A stretch of 64,000 bases of DNA from an uncultured Candidatus Saccharibacteria bacterium (GTDB taxonomy: Bacteria; Patescibacteriota; Dojkabacteria; SC72). Positions 10,204-19,156 of the stretch are shown one piece after another (position 1 is the stretch's first letter; each line of letters starts with the position of its first letter). Location: positions 383,877 to 447,876 of the forward strand of contig CAZSUV010000001.1 of the NCBI GenBank assembly GCA_964610125.1. The letters run 5' to 3'. The translations under genes and the position numbers were made by a program. The notes below the pieces were generated by a model that was not told the DNA's origin, did no database searches, and saw nothing but the letters and a program-made list of their open reading frames with translations.

Positions 10204-11205
10204 CTATTTTGTAGCAAAAATGATTGTAAAGACGGTATATGCAAGGTATGCCACAATCATAATAATTCCAGAAAGACGGCTAAGCGATTTCATTTTTCCA
10301 ATTAATCGCATTTCGGCTAATACAAGTATTACGATTACAGCACCGTAGATATTTACAAAGACGGTATCATTCAAAACCCCTTGTGGAACGTTAATAGGAT
10401 TAATGACTGCAAGTAATCCTATGCCCAAGCCAATGTTTAGGATATTACCTCCAAATACATTTCCAACAATTAGATCATTATTACCCTTCTTTGCTGCTAC
10501 TATACTAGCTACAATAGTAGGTATTGATGTTCCTATACCGACTAATGTTAAACCTAATATATAGCTACTGATTCCTGTTACTTGTGAGAATATTGGGGTT
10601 AATAATGTGATGCCAAATGATGCTACTAATATTACGAAAATCAACACTGAGATATTTAATAACTGCTTTCCTACATCTTGTGCATTTGGTTTCTTAGTCT
10701 TTAGATCAACTACCTTTTTAAAATCTTCTTCCACATCTTTATTCTTATGGAGAAATCCATATTGAATAATCACAACCCAAGCTGCAATTAGAAAAAGTAC
10801 CAGAATAATACCATCAATTCTTGAAACTTCCTTGTCAATTACTAATGCTGTAAAGAGAGCTGTGATTGCGAAATACAAAGGAATTTCTTTTTCAAATACT
10901 TCTTGCTTTACCATAATAGTTGTCATGAATGCTGGAATACCCAAAGCAAGGCCAAGGTTTACATAGTTAGTGCCGAGAAGGTTTCCCAATGCAATATCGT
11001 GTTGATTTCCAACGAATGCCATTATACTTACAAGCAATGTAGGAGCTCCTGTCATGAGTGCTACTAGCGTAGTTCCAATGAGTACATCACTTACACCAAT
11101 ATTTCTAGCAAGTTTAATAGAAATGTTAACAAGATATTTGCCACTTAATGTTAATACTAGGAAACAGACAATTAGGCCAAGAATTGATAGCAGTAAAGGT
11201 GACAT
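10204..11205 (-). CDS. Calcium/sodium antiporter (CaCA/YrbG family)
   Basis: Two alpha-repeats (GTTLVALMTGAPTL...GNLLGTN; GLTLVGIGTSIPT...GNVFGGN), about 10 TM; start moved to ATG 11205 outside the tRNA. Confidence 0.88.
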   Translation of the reverse strand: MSPLLLSILGLIVCFLVLTLSGKYLVNISIKLARNIGVSDVLIGTTLVALMTGAPTLLVSIMAFVGNQHDIALGNLLGTNYVNLGLALGIPAFMTTIMVKQEVFEKEIPLYFAITALFTALVIDKEVSRIDGIILVLFLIAAWVVIIQYGFLHKNKDVEEDFKKVVDLKTKKPNAQDVGKQLLNISVLIFVILVASFGITLLTPIFSQVTGISSYILGLTLVGIGTSIPTIVASIVAAKKGNNDLIVGNVFGGNILNIGLGIGLLAVINPINVPQGVLNDTVFVNIYGAVIVILVLAEMRLIGKMKSLSRLSGIIMIVAYLAYTVFTIIFATK

Positions 11206-11232
11206 ATGAGCAGATTGATCAAATATAGAATA

Positions 11233-11306
11233 TCGGGGTGACACGACTTGAACGTGCGACCTCTGCGTCCCAAACGCAGCGTTCTAGCCAACTGAACTAC
11301 ACCCCG
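11233..11306 (-). tRNA. tRNA-Pro (TGG), CCA not encoded
   Basis: CGGGGTG acceptor stem, anticodon arm CTGCG-TTTGGGA-CGCAG, T-loop GTTCAAGT, discriminator A. Confidence 0.96.
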
Positions 11307-11335
11307 ATAACTGTGAGATTTTAACACAACATACG

Positions 11336-11369
11336 AAAAGAAAAAAGGGAGATGTTTAGTCTCCCCTTT
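11336..11369 (-). terminator. Intrinsic terminator after the DUF4870-like gene
   Basis: Hairpin GGGAGA-N7-TCTCCC with a minus-strand T-tract TTTTTTCTTTT. Confidence 0.7.
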
Positions 11370-11394
11370 AATATCCATTTATATTACTAAGCTA

Positions 11395-11730
11395 TTAGAT
11401 AGCTGAGAGTAACTTCAATGCTAATCCTGATACAACAGGGACATCAAATCTCTCACCCTTGTAAGCTTTAACCATACCTACAATTATTAATACAACTGTA
11501 AGAGGAGCTAGCAACCATCCGATTACTGGAACCCATGAGAAGAACTGCAATACACCGACTAGTGTATATTGTGCTCCCATATATCTAACAAAATTATCAT
11601 CTTTCTCTACGAACATAAGGATAAGACCAACAATAGGAATACATGCGAGTACACCCATCCATTGATTCTTTTCATTGTACTTTATCTCTTCTAATGTAAA
11701 TATTTTTTTGGCTTTCTTTTCTTCTGCCAT
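11395..11730 (-). CDS. Small membrane protein, DUF4870-like
   Basis: Three hydrophobic segments, EKDDNFVRY..AQ, IVGMVKAYKGERFDVPVV. Confidence 0.7.
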   Translation of the reverse strand: MAEEKKAKKIFTLEEIKYNEKNQWMGVLACIPIVGLILMFVEKDDNFVRYMGAQYTLVGVLQFFSWVPVIGWLLAPLTVVLIIVGMVKAYKGERFDVPVVSGLALKLLSAI

Positions 11731-11785
11731 ATTAGTAACGCTACAATAAAATTATTTATATCAATAAGGATACTATCAAGGTATG

Positions 11786-11848
11786 AGGTTTACAAGAGGT
11801 ATACTACAGGTAGTTGCAAGGGTATACTAAACAGGTATACTGGTATAT
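11786..11848. promoter_or_regulatory. Cluster of GGTATAC(T) repeats upstream of lexA, candidate autoregulatory operator
   Basis: GGTATACT at 11798, 11821 and 11834, plus degenerate copies, in the 144-bp divergent intergenic region. Confidence 0.5.
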
Positions 11849-11874
11849 ATAAATAAATTTACAGCAGTATACAT

Positions 11875-12531
11875 ATGGGAGATATATTAACAGAGAAGCA
11901 GATCTTAGTGCTTAAGGCTATTCGCGACTTTTTCATAGCCAATACCTTCGCTCCTTCATTAACAGAATTACAAAGAATACTAGGTATATCTACAAAAAGA
12001 GGCGTAGTGGTTCACCTTATGGCTTTAGAAAGAAAGGGATATATCATTAGAACAAATGAGCCTAGAGGTATTAGATTGGTAGATGAAGACGAGGAGTCTA
12101 TGGCATTCGAATATATGGTCGGTATACCTATACTTGGCTATGTAAACGCAGGTACACCCCTAGTCAATGCTGTTGAAGAAAATCTTGGTATGCTTAAAGT
12201 CCAAGGGAAAATTTTAGGAAAAGTTAAGAAAGGTCTATTCTCAGTAATAGTTAAAGGAGATTCTATGAACGAAGAGGTTATAGATGGAACTAAGATAGCT
12301 GATGGCAATTATCTCATTGTAGATAAGGATAGCGCTGTTGAAGACGGCGACGTAGTTGTAGCTATCATTGAAAACTCTGCTACGGTTAAGAAGATAAAAC
12401 GAGGGAAAGATATGGTAACTTTGTATCCTCACTCAAGTAATCCAATTCATCAACCAATTTTCGTAAATCGCGATTGGAGTGGTTTAATTAATGGGAAAGT
12501 CATAAAGGTATTGGAGAAGCCAACTATCTAA
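11875..12531 (+). CDS. lexA: Transcriptional repressor LexA
   Basis: N-terminal wHTH (LTEKQ..VL..I...PSLTEL...LERKGYI), Ala-Gly cleavage site (NAGTP), catalytic Ser (GDSM) and Lys (TVKK). Confidence 0.93.
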   Translation: MGDILTEKQILVLKAIRDFFIANTFAPSLTELQRILGISTKRGVVVHLMALERKGYIIRTNEPRGIRLVDEDEESMAFEYMVGIPILGYVNAGTPLVNAVEENLGMLKVQGKILGKVKKGLFSVIVKGDSMNEEVIDGTKIADGNYLIVDKDSAVEDGDVVVAIIENSATVKKIKRGKDMVTLYPHSSNPIHQPIFVNRDWSGLINGKVIKVLEKPTI

Positions 12532-13216
12532 TCTCTACATTTAAAACATAGGGCTTAATATTCTTCCTTAGAATTTTAAGCTCTTTCTCAGTAAAAGAAT
12601 TTTGTTCTGAAAGAGTAGGGTTAATTGTTTTTCCGGCTCTAAAATTTTGTACATAATATTGTTTTGCGCCATTAATCATTTCGCCTATAGCTTTTGATGA
12701 ATCTGTAGTATGTATTCCTTTTACATAGGTAGTTCTAAATTCATAATCTATATCTGAATCCATAATTATAGATATGGATTGTTTTACATTCTTTAACGCA
12801 TTCTCCCCAGTAAATGTCAGGTAGTCTCCTTCCGGATATTTAATATCCATTGAAATGTAATCAATCACCCTATGCGTGATTAATTTTTTAAGCTTACTCG
12901 GAAGTAGTCCATTAGTATCTAACTTCACAAGGTATCCTAAGTCCTTTATAGATTTTAAAAAGGGTTCTAGGTCATCATAGAGGAGTGGTTCTCCACCAGT
13001 AATGACTACTGCTTCTAATTTTCCAACCCTAGATTTAAGAAATTTTAAAACTTTCTTAGGATCATAGATTTCCCCTGGCGCAATGTCTTGTATAACAAGC
13101 TCTGGGTTATGACAGTACTCACATCTTAAATTACATCCGTGCGTGAATATTATGGCAGACAACTTCCCAGGGTAGTCTATTAATGACAATTTTTCTAAAC
13201 CCGCAATTTTTAGCAT
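12524..13216 (-). CDS. nrdG: Anaerobic ribonucleoside-triphosphate reductase activating protein (radical SAM)
   Basis: SLIDYPG, CNLRCEYCHN, TGGEP, KLDTNG, YEFRTT; in the nrdD operon. Confidence 0.93.
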   Translation of the reverse strand: MLKIAGLEKLSLIDYPGKLSAIIFTHGCNLRCEYCHNPELVIQDIAPGEIYDPKKVLKFLKSRVGKLEAVVITGGEPLLYDDLEPFLKSIKDLGYLVKLDTNGLLPSKLKKLITHRVIDYISMDIKYPEGDYLTFTGENALKNVKQSISIIMDSDIDYEFRTTYVKGIHTTDSSKAIGEMINGAKQYYVQNFRAGKTINPTLSEQNSFTEKELKILRKNIKPYVLNVEIR

Positions 13217-13350
13217 GTAGCACAGCCCATTTTAAAGAATTTTCTATCATTCCATTCTGCCTGTTTACCAATGTTCCATTGATTAACAGGTCTGATATAT
13301 CCAACAACTCTTGAATATACCTCACACTTTTGTCTTGTAACTTTTTTCAT
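13210..13350 (-). CDS. Stand-alone NrdD glycyl-radical-loop peptide (46 aa)
   Basis: Manual translation MKKVTRQKCEVYSRVVGYIRPVNQWNIGKQAEWNDRKFFKMGCATC*; matches the class III RNR C-terminal RVxGY...WNxGKQxE motif; stop overlaps nrdG start; below ORF-track cutoff. Confidence 0.9.
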   Translation of the reverse strand: MKKVTRQKCEVYSRVVGYIRPVNQWNIGKQAEWNDRKFFKMGCATC

Positions 13351-13377
13351 AACTTTGGACAGTTAAAATTATATATA

Positions 13378-15441
13378 CTAAACAATCTCATCAAATTCCA
13401 TACCATCTCTATACCCCACCTCTATATCACACTTTGGACAGTATCTATGCTCTCCAGCAATATATCCATGTTTAGGGCATATACTGAATGTTGGGGTTAA
13501 AGAAAAGTATGGTAACTTGTAATTCTCCGCCACTTTTTTAACTAAATTCTTTACACTTGTTGTAGAAGAAATCTTTTCACCAATGTACAAATGCAGTACA
13601 GTTCCACCTGTGTATTTACACTGGAATTCATCCTGTTCATCCAATGCTTCGAAAATATCATCCGTATAGTTGACTGGAAGTTGTGAGCTGTTCGTGTAAT
13701 AGGGAACAGTACCACCTTTCCCAACTAAATCTGCAGCAGTTAATATATCTGGAAACTTCTTCTTATCCGCCTTTGCAAATTTGTATGTAGCCCCCTCACC
13801 AGGAGAAGCTTCTAAGTTGAACAGTTGGTTGGATTCTAATTGATAGTTCATTAATACCTCTCGCATATGATCCATAATCTCTAATCCAAATGCTCTACCT
13901 TCTTCAGAGGTAATCCCCTTAGATTTATCTTTAAAAAAGTTTACCAGGGATTCATTCAACCCAAGGATGCCAATGGTATTGAAATGATTCTTGTAATATT
14001 CTCCAAATCGCTTTTTAATATCGCCAAGATAGAATTTGGAATATGGATACAATCCCTTCTCTGTATATTTTTCAATGAATGCACGTTTAATGAGTAAGCT
14101 TTGTTTAGAAAGCTCCATCATATGGTCTAGTCTCTTAAAGTAATCCTTTTTATCCTTACTCAAGTATCCAATTTTAGGTAGATTTATTGTTACAACTCCA
14201 AGACTCCCAGTCAAAGGATTAGCTCCAAAGAGACCACCACCTCGTTTTCTTAATTCTCGGTTATCTAATCTCAATCTGCAACACATACTTCTTGCATCAT
14301 CGGGATTCATATCTGAATTTACAAAGTTTGAGAAGTATGGAATGCCATATTTAGCAGTCATTTCCCATACTGGTTTGTAATCAGTATTGTCCCAATCAAA
14401 GTTCTTAGTGATGTTGTAGGTAGGAATAGGGAACGAGAAAAGTCTACCCTGGGAGTCTCCTTCCATCATTACCTCGCAGAACGCTTTGTTTAACATAGCC
14501 ATCTCAGGTTGGAAATCCTTGTATTTTTCTTTTTGTACTTTTCCACCAATGATTACACCTTGTTCAGCTAACTGGCCAGATGGGATTAAATCCATTGTAA
14601 TGTTTGTAAATGGTGTCTGACATCCAACCCTTGTTGGAACATTCATGTTGTACAAGAACTCCTGCATCTTCTGTTTTACTTCTTTGTAAGTCAATTTGTC
14701 ATATCTAATGAATGGTGCAAGATATGTATCGAAACTAGAGAATGCTTGCGCGCCTGCAGCCTCATGCTGCAATGTATAGAAGAAGTTTACACATTGGCCA
14801 AGTGCAGCGCCAAGATGCTTTGCAGGGGCAGAAGAAATCTTTCCAGAGACTCCTGTGAATCCTCTAAGCAGTAAGTCTTCCAAGCTCCAACCGCAACAAT
14901 ATACAGCCAACATACCAAGATCATGTATATGTATGTCTTTATCTATATTTGCATTTGAAATTTCCTTTGGATATATACTATGTAACCAGTAATTTGCTTG
15001 AACAGTAGAGGATATGTAGTTATTTAACCCTTGCCATGAATATGTCATATTACTGTTCTCACTTACCTGCCAATCCTCAATGTCAATATATCCTCGAACC
15101 AATGTATCAGCATCAATCAGGGATTTAATATTCATTACCTGATTCTTAAGATCAACAAACAAGCCAAAAGCAATGGATGTTTTACCATGCCCCATATCAA
15201 TAAGAACCTGTTTTACAACATCTGCAATTTCTTCTGTCTTAACATATTTTCGTTTTGGGTATTTTGCAATTAATCTAGTAATAACTTCGTCGGTTATTTC
15301 TTCAGCTCTTTTACGATCATGCCCACCAACACTTTCAGCAGCCTTAAACACACCAGTAGATATTCTTTCTCTCTCAAACTTAACTATTCTTCCATCTCTT
15401 TTCTTGACCTGGAACGAGTTCTTGTTTTTTAGGGCAGCCAT
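13378..15441 (-). CDS. nrdD: Anaerobic (class III) ribonucleoside-triphosphate reductase, lacking the glycyl loop
   Basis: N-terminal ATP-cone (VKKRDGR..F), IHIHDL, YCCGW, SMCCRL, YTGGTVLH, C-terminal CPKH...CPKC; ends before RVxGY. Confidence 0.95.
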   Translation of the reverse strand: MAALKNKNSFQVKKRDGRIVKFERERISTGVFKAAESVGGHDRKRAEEITDEVITRLIAKYPKRKYVKTEEIADVVKQVLIDMGHGKTSIAFGLFVDLKNQVMNIKSLIDADTLVRGYIDIEDWQVSENSNMTYSWQGLNNYISSTVQANYWLHSIYPKEISNANIDKDIHIHDLGMLAVYCCGWSLEDLLLRGFTGVSGKISSAPAKHLGAALGQCVNFFYTLQHEAAGAQAFSSFDTYLAPFIRYDKLTYKEVKQKMQEFLYNMNVPTRVGCQTPFTNITMDLIPSGQLAEQGVIIGGKVQKEKYKDFQPEMAMLNKAFCEVMMEGDSQGRLFSFPIPTYNITKNFDWDNTDYKPVWEMTAKYGIPYFSNFVNSDMNPDDARSMCCRLRLDNRELRKRGGGLFGANPLTGSLGVVTINLPKIGYLSKDKKDYFKRLDHMMELSKQSLLIKRAFIEKYTEKGLYPYSKFYLGDIKKRFGEYYKNHFNTIGILGLNESLVNFFKDKSKGITSEEGRAFGLEIMDHMREVLMNYQLESNQLFNLEASPGEGATYKFAKADKKKFPDILTAADLVGKGGTVPYYTNSSQLPVNYTDDIFEALDEQDEFQCKYTGGTVLHLYIGEKISSTTSVKNLVKKVAENYKLPYFSLTPTFSICPKHGYIAGEHRYCPKCDIEVGYRDGMEFDEIV

Positions 15442-15459
15442 TATATGTAGTAGTAAAAA

Positions 15460-15909
15460 TTAAAATTTTTCTAACTTATTTATCTCCTCTTTAATATCAT
15501 CAAGATCTTTAAACTCTTTATATACCGAAGCAAAACGAATATATGACAATTGATCCTTGGTCTTTAACCACTCAAGAATCATCCCTCCAATTACTCTTGA
15601 ACTAACAGGCTCCTCGCTGTTTATTACATAGCGTTCTACCTGTTCTGCAAAATCCTCAACTTCGTGGGCAGACACAGTATTTTCATTAATTGCTTTCTTT
15701 ATCCCTTTAATTATCTTGTTAATATCAAATGTTTCTAAAGAGCCGTCTTTCTTTAAGATGGAGACATCCATTTTTTCTATTCTTTCGTATGTAGTAAACC
15801 TTTTACCGCAGCGAAGACATTGTCTTCTTCGTCTTGTAGAACTATCTTCTCGGTTATCTCGTTTATCTACAACTTTCGTTGTATCACAAGCGCAAAAGGG
15901 ACATCTCAT
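15460..15909 (-). CDS. nrdR: Transcriptional repressor NrdR
   Basis: MRCPFC...RRRRQC..C.KRFTTYE Zn ribbon, ATP-cone, YIRFASVYKEF. Confidence 0.97.
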   Translation of the reverse strand: MRCPFCACDTTKVVDKRDNREDSSTRRRRQCLRCGKRFTTYERIEKMDVSILKKDGSLETFDINKIIKGIKKAINENTVSAHEVEDFAEQVERYVINSEEPVSSRVIGGMILEWLKTKDQLSYIRFASVYKEFKDLDDIKEEINKLEKF

Positions 15910-15916
15910 ATATTTT

Positions 15917-16027
15917 TAACAACATGTTGTGTATGCTTTACAAGTTACCCCCAACAGGTGGTATGGTCAAGAAGCCGATAGCATGCATGTTGTATAGTCA
16001 TTGATAAGACAACACAATATGCAGGTG
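15917..16027. promoter_or_regulatory. Four phased NrdR-box-like 16-mers
   Basis: TAACAACATGTTGTGT (15917), CCCCAACAGGTGGTAT (15949), AGCATGCATGTTGTAT (15980), ACACAATATGCAGGTG (16012); spacing 32/31/32; resemble acaCwAtATaTwGtgt. Confidence 0.7.
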
Positions 16028-16121
16028 AGAAATATTACAGGGTTGGTTATTAATAATATGAGATTTTGACTATGTGGGGATAAGCATATAACATATATAA
16101 CTAAGTTAAAAAATTATCTGT

Positions 16122-16607
16122 ATGATATTTGAACTTAAAGATTTCCCCGCATTAAAAGAAAAGCTTGGCAACAAGAAGATTGTTTGTACTTCAGGATTCT
16201 TTGATCCTATGCACCCTGGACATGTGTCATGTATTACAGAATCTAAGAAGTTTGGGGATGTATTAATTGTAGTAGTCGATGGTGATCAAAGAGCTGTAAC
16301 TAAAAAGGGTAAATCATTTATGCCAGAGAAAGATAGAGCATACATTGTAGATCATCTTGTAGGGGTCGATTTTGTAACGATTTACAACCACCCAACAGAA
16401 AATAATTGTATTGAAGCTATAGATATCATAAGACCAGATGTTTTTACAAAAGGTGGTGATAGGGTGGGAAATACTACGCCTGAAGCTCAATTAATTGAAA
16501 GCTATGGTGGAAGAATAGAATACAATGTTGGTGACGCAAAAATATGGTCTAGCTCAGATTACCTTGAAGATTGGCATCAATTTAGAAAATCCCAGGAATC
16601 TACTTAG
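16122..16607 (+). CDS. Cytidylyltransferase/adenylyltransferase family protein (TagD/RfaE-II-like)
   Basis: SGFFDPMHPGH (HxGH), RPDVFTKGGD, WSSS. Confidence 0.85.
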   Translation: MIFELKDFPALKEKLGNKKIVCTSGFFDPMHPGHVSCITESKKFGDVLIVVVDGDQRAVTKKGKSFMPEKDRAYIVDHLVGVDFVTIYNHPTENNCIEAIDIIRPDVFTKGGDRVGNTTPEAQLIESYGGRIEYNVGDAKIWSSSDYLEDWHQFRKSQEST

Positions 16608-17532
16608 GTCTTTTTGATAAATATTTGAAAATAGAATTGGCAGCTACTCCCCCTTCTCCAACTGCCGTTACTACCTGCCTAAAGCCATTAGAAGCGGTTG
16701 TACAGTCTCCTGCAGCCCATATTCCCTCGACATTTGTAGCTTGTGTCTGATCTACCTTTATATATTTCTTTCCATCTACCTCTAATCCAAGCATATTTGC
16801 AAATAATCCATCAGGTTCAGACCCAATTTCAATGAATACACCATCAACATTCACATATTGTTCTCCATTGTATGGTTGAGATAACTTTATCCTTTCTAAT
16901 CTATTTTCTCCCTCTAAACCAATAGGGAGGGTTTTAAGAATAATCTCCACATTCTTTCTTGCCATTAATTGATCAACCCACATAGGCTCACCAAGTAATT
17001 CAGTACCTCTGTAGATTAGATATACTTTTTTTGCAATATCTGAAAGCATTGTTGCTGACATCACTGCAGCATTTTTACCACCTACAACAGCCACAGTTTT
17101 GTCTCTGTAGAACATAGCATCACAGGTAGCACAGTAGGAGAGTCCTTTACCTAAATATTTGTCTTCATCTGGCAACATTAGTTTGTTTCTCTCAGTACCA
17201 GTAGTAAGAATTACAGTTTTAGCTTCATATTGATTATTATTCTTGTCTGTCATTATATGGAATGTCGATTCATCTTTCTTTCTCCATATATCAACAACAC
17301 TTTCATAAGCTACTTCTGCCCCAAGGTCTTTAGCTTGTGCTTCAAACTTTTGGCCTAATTCAACACCTGTAATATCAGGTAATCCCGGGTAATTGCACAC
17401 TTTATGTGCTTCTGAGATTGTTCCTCCAACTATTTTTCCAAATATGATGTTTGAGAGTTTGTATCTACTAGCATATATACTTGCTGAATATGCGGCTGGT
17501 CCACTTCCTACGATTGCTATGTCGTATGTCAT
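16600..17532 (-). CDS. trxB: Thioredoxin-disulfide reductase
   Basis: GSGPAA FAD motif, CATCD redox pair, VVGG, WAAGD. Confidence 0.9.
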   Translation of the reverse strand: MTYDIAIVGSGPAAYSASIYASRYKLSNIIFGKIVGGTISEAHKVCNYPGLPDITGVELGQKFEAQAKDLGAEVAYESVVDIWRKKDESTFHIMTDKNNNQYEAKTVILTTGTERNKLMLPDEDKYLGKGLSYCATCDAMFYRDKTVAVVGGKNAAVMSATMLSDIAKKVYLIYRGTELLGEPMWVDQLMARKNVEIILKTLPIGLEGENRLERIKLSQPYNGEQYVNVDGVFIEIGSEPDGLFANMLGLEVDGKKYIKVDQTQATNVEGIWAAGDCTTASNGFRQVVTAVGEGGVAANSIFKYLSKRPK

Positions 17533-17619
17533 ATGTGTTAGAGGTTACAAATTAGTATATATTTCTGATTTATATATTCTAACATATATGTAAAGAGGTG
17601 AAATGGGAGAGGGGTGTTG

Positions 17620-17670
17620 GAGGTACTCAATATGGTTTTGTCTGTGTTAACAGCAATGATTGAGTACCTC
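17620..17670. repeat. Inverted repeat / hairpin downstream of orphan ORF
   Basis: GAGGTACTCAAT (17620-17631) and ATTGAGTACCTC (17659-17670) form a perfect 12-bp stem; inner CTGT-GTTA-ACAG. Confidence 0.75.
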
Positions 17671-17686
17671 TGTAAAGGTTTATTGT

Positions 17687-17887
17687 TTAATAGAGGGGTC
17701 TCATAAGATATAGAATAAAGCAAATAAAAGCGAATAATACTACCACGTAGGGTAATAATTTCCAGGAAAAAATCTCCTCTCCATCGCTTCCTTTGTACTT
17801 TTTATTCCATGCTTTAGAAACCACAGTCCAGAAAGTCACCCTTCTTGGTTTTCGTGCCATACTTTGGATGCTACTTCTGTTACTCAT
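17687..17887 (-). CDS. Small hypothetical protein with C-terminal TM helix
   Basis: 66 aa, GAGGAG SD upstream of ATG, hydrophobic C-terminal segment. Confidence 0.55.
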   Translation of the reverse strand: MSNRSSIQSMARKPRRVTFWTVVSKAWNKKYKGSDGEEIFSWKLLPYVVVLFAFICFILYLMRPLY

Positions 17888-18071
17888 TATAATTCTCCTC
17901 TAACCCTTAGGGTTAATATATTGATATGTTTAATACAACATCTCTACCTTTAAATATATTTAAAAATATAAAAGCTGTATTAAACTGGGAGAATATATGC
18001 AAATAAACCTTTTAAAAGAACAATATAGATTTATTCAACCTATAGTATATTATATCATATTTAGGATAAGA

Positions 18072-18836
18072 TTACGCAACAACCCCCCAATCAAGGGTAT
18101 TTGTAAGTATCTCAGGCTTATTCTTTCTAACAATCACCATATATTCAAACATAACGCTATTACCACCATGCTCTGTATGAACTGACCAACCATCCTTGTC
18201 TGTATATACATGACCAGTATCATCTACTACTTGACATTCAACACACACAACCATACCATCAACTAACAATTCGCCTGTACCTGGTTTGCCAAAAGCAGGG
18301 ATATCAGGATATTCATGCATAGATTTACCAATACCATGGCCTACATACATCTTGATGATATTAAAACCATTATCCTTAGCCGTTTTTTCCATAGTATAGC
18401 CGAGATCTCCGGTTCTATTACCAACCACAGCCTTAGCCATAGCATTCTCAGTTGCAGCTCTACCAGCCTCTAAAAGCTTGGCATTTTGTTTAGAAGGTAT
18501 TCCCACACTCCAAGTCCAGCAATGATCAGTAAAATATCCTTTATATATGATGCCTGTATCAATTGAAACGAAATCACCTTTCTTAAGAGGTATATTAGTA
18601 GGAATGCCATGTACAGCCACATCATTAACAGAGATACAAAGATTGTTTTTGTAATCATCTACAGTTGGAAAATTAGGTTTTACACAATATTCTTTACAAA
18701 GTTCACCCATGAGCTTATCTAATTCCAAGGGAGTAACTCCTTCTTTAATATTTTTTCCAAGTTCTGACAAAATTTCAACAGAAATACCTGCAGCTTCACG
18801 AATGGTTAATTCTTCTTTTGGATTCTTAATAATCAT
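18072..18836 (-). CDS. map: Methionine aminopeptidase type I
   Basis: CISVND.AVHGIP, D..SIDTG...FTD, GHGIG..MHE; ATG 18836 lies 6 nt after a TATAAT. Confidence 0.93.
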   Translation of the reverse strand: MIIKNPKEELTIREAAGISVEILSELGKNIKEGVTPLELDKLMGELCKEYCVKPNFPTVDDYKNNLCISVNDVAVHGIPTNIPLKKGDFVSIDTGIIYKGYFTDHCWTWSVGIPSKQNAKLLEAGRAATENAMAKAVVGNRTGDLGYTMEKTAKDNGFNIIKMYVGHGIGKSMHEYPDIPAFGKPGTGELLVDGMVVCVECQVVDDTGHVYTDKDGWSVHTEHGGNSVMFEYMVIVRKNKPEILTNTLDWGVVA

Positions 18837-18894
18837 ATGGCCATTATACACGCCCAGGGAAGAACATGGAACTAGTAAGTAGTAATTAGAAAAT

Positions 18895-18990
18895 TGTAGG
18901 TTGTCGGACTTGCACCGCTTAAAGATGAGTCAACATCGCATGCTACACAAGGTAGCAAGGGGAGCTTCTCCACCTCCCAACCAACCTACA
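18895..18990 (-). ncRNA. Candidate structured tRNA-like RNA (five-way junction), family unknown
   Basis: 9-bp closing stem TGTAGGTTG/CAACCTACA enclosing four hairpins, the last CGG-TGCAAGT-CCG (T-loop-like). Confidence 0.55.
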
Positions 18991-19156
18991 TAGCTAGGTG
19001 TTATACCTCTATCTAAATTATAATACTTTTCTTTATCTACTACAAAATAAAGAAATCTTTGTGTTTTTGTCTTTGTATTCAAACGTACACTGGCAGGGAA
19101 GAATATTTAAAATATTATCTTCCCTGCCGGCTCCTAGGTTAAAGGTTTGATTGTCT

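Noticed and set aside
11172-11378. 68-aa ORF and the N-terminal extension of the antiporter to 11244
   Set aside because: Both overlap tRNA-Pro; ATG 11205 is the better start
13131-13325. 64-aa ORF in the track between nrdD and nrdG
   Set aside because: Wrong frame; the conserved RVVGY peptide is in the 13210-13350 frame
13351-13380. Stop-codon readthrough joining nrdD to the glycyl-loop ORF (same frame)
   Set aside because: TAG is followed by two further in-frame TAA codons
18895-18990. Canonical tRNA, tRNA-Sec or cobalamin/FMN riboswitch
   Set aside because: Lacks TTC T-loop, U33, TCA anticodon and CCA; only the GGTGCAAGTCC T-loop resembles riboswitch parts, without their other conserved boxes
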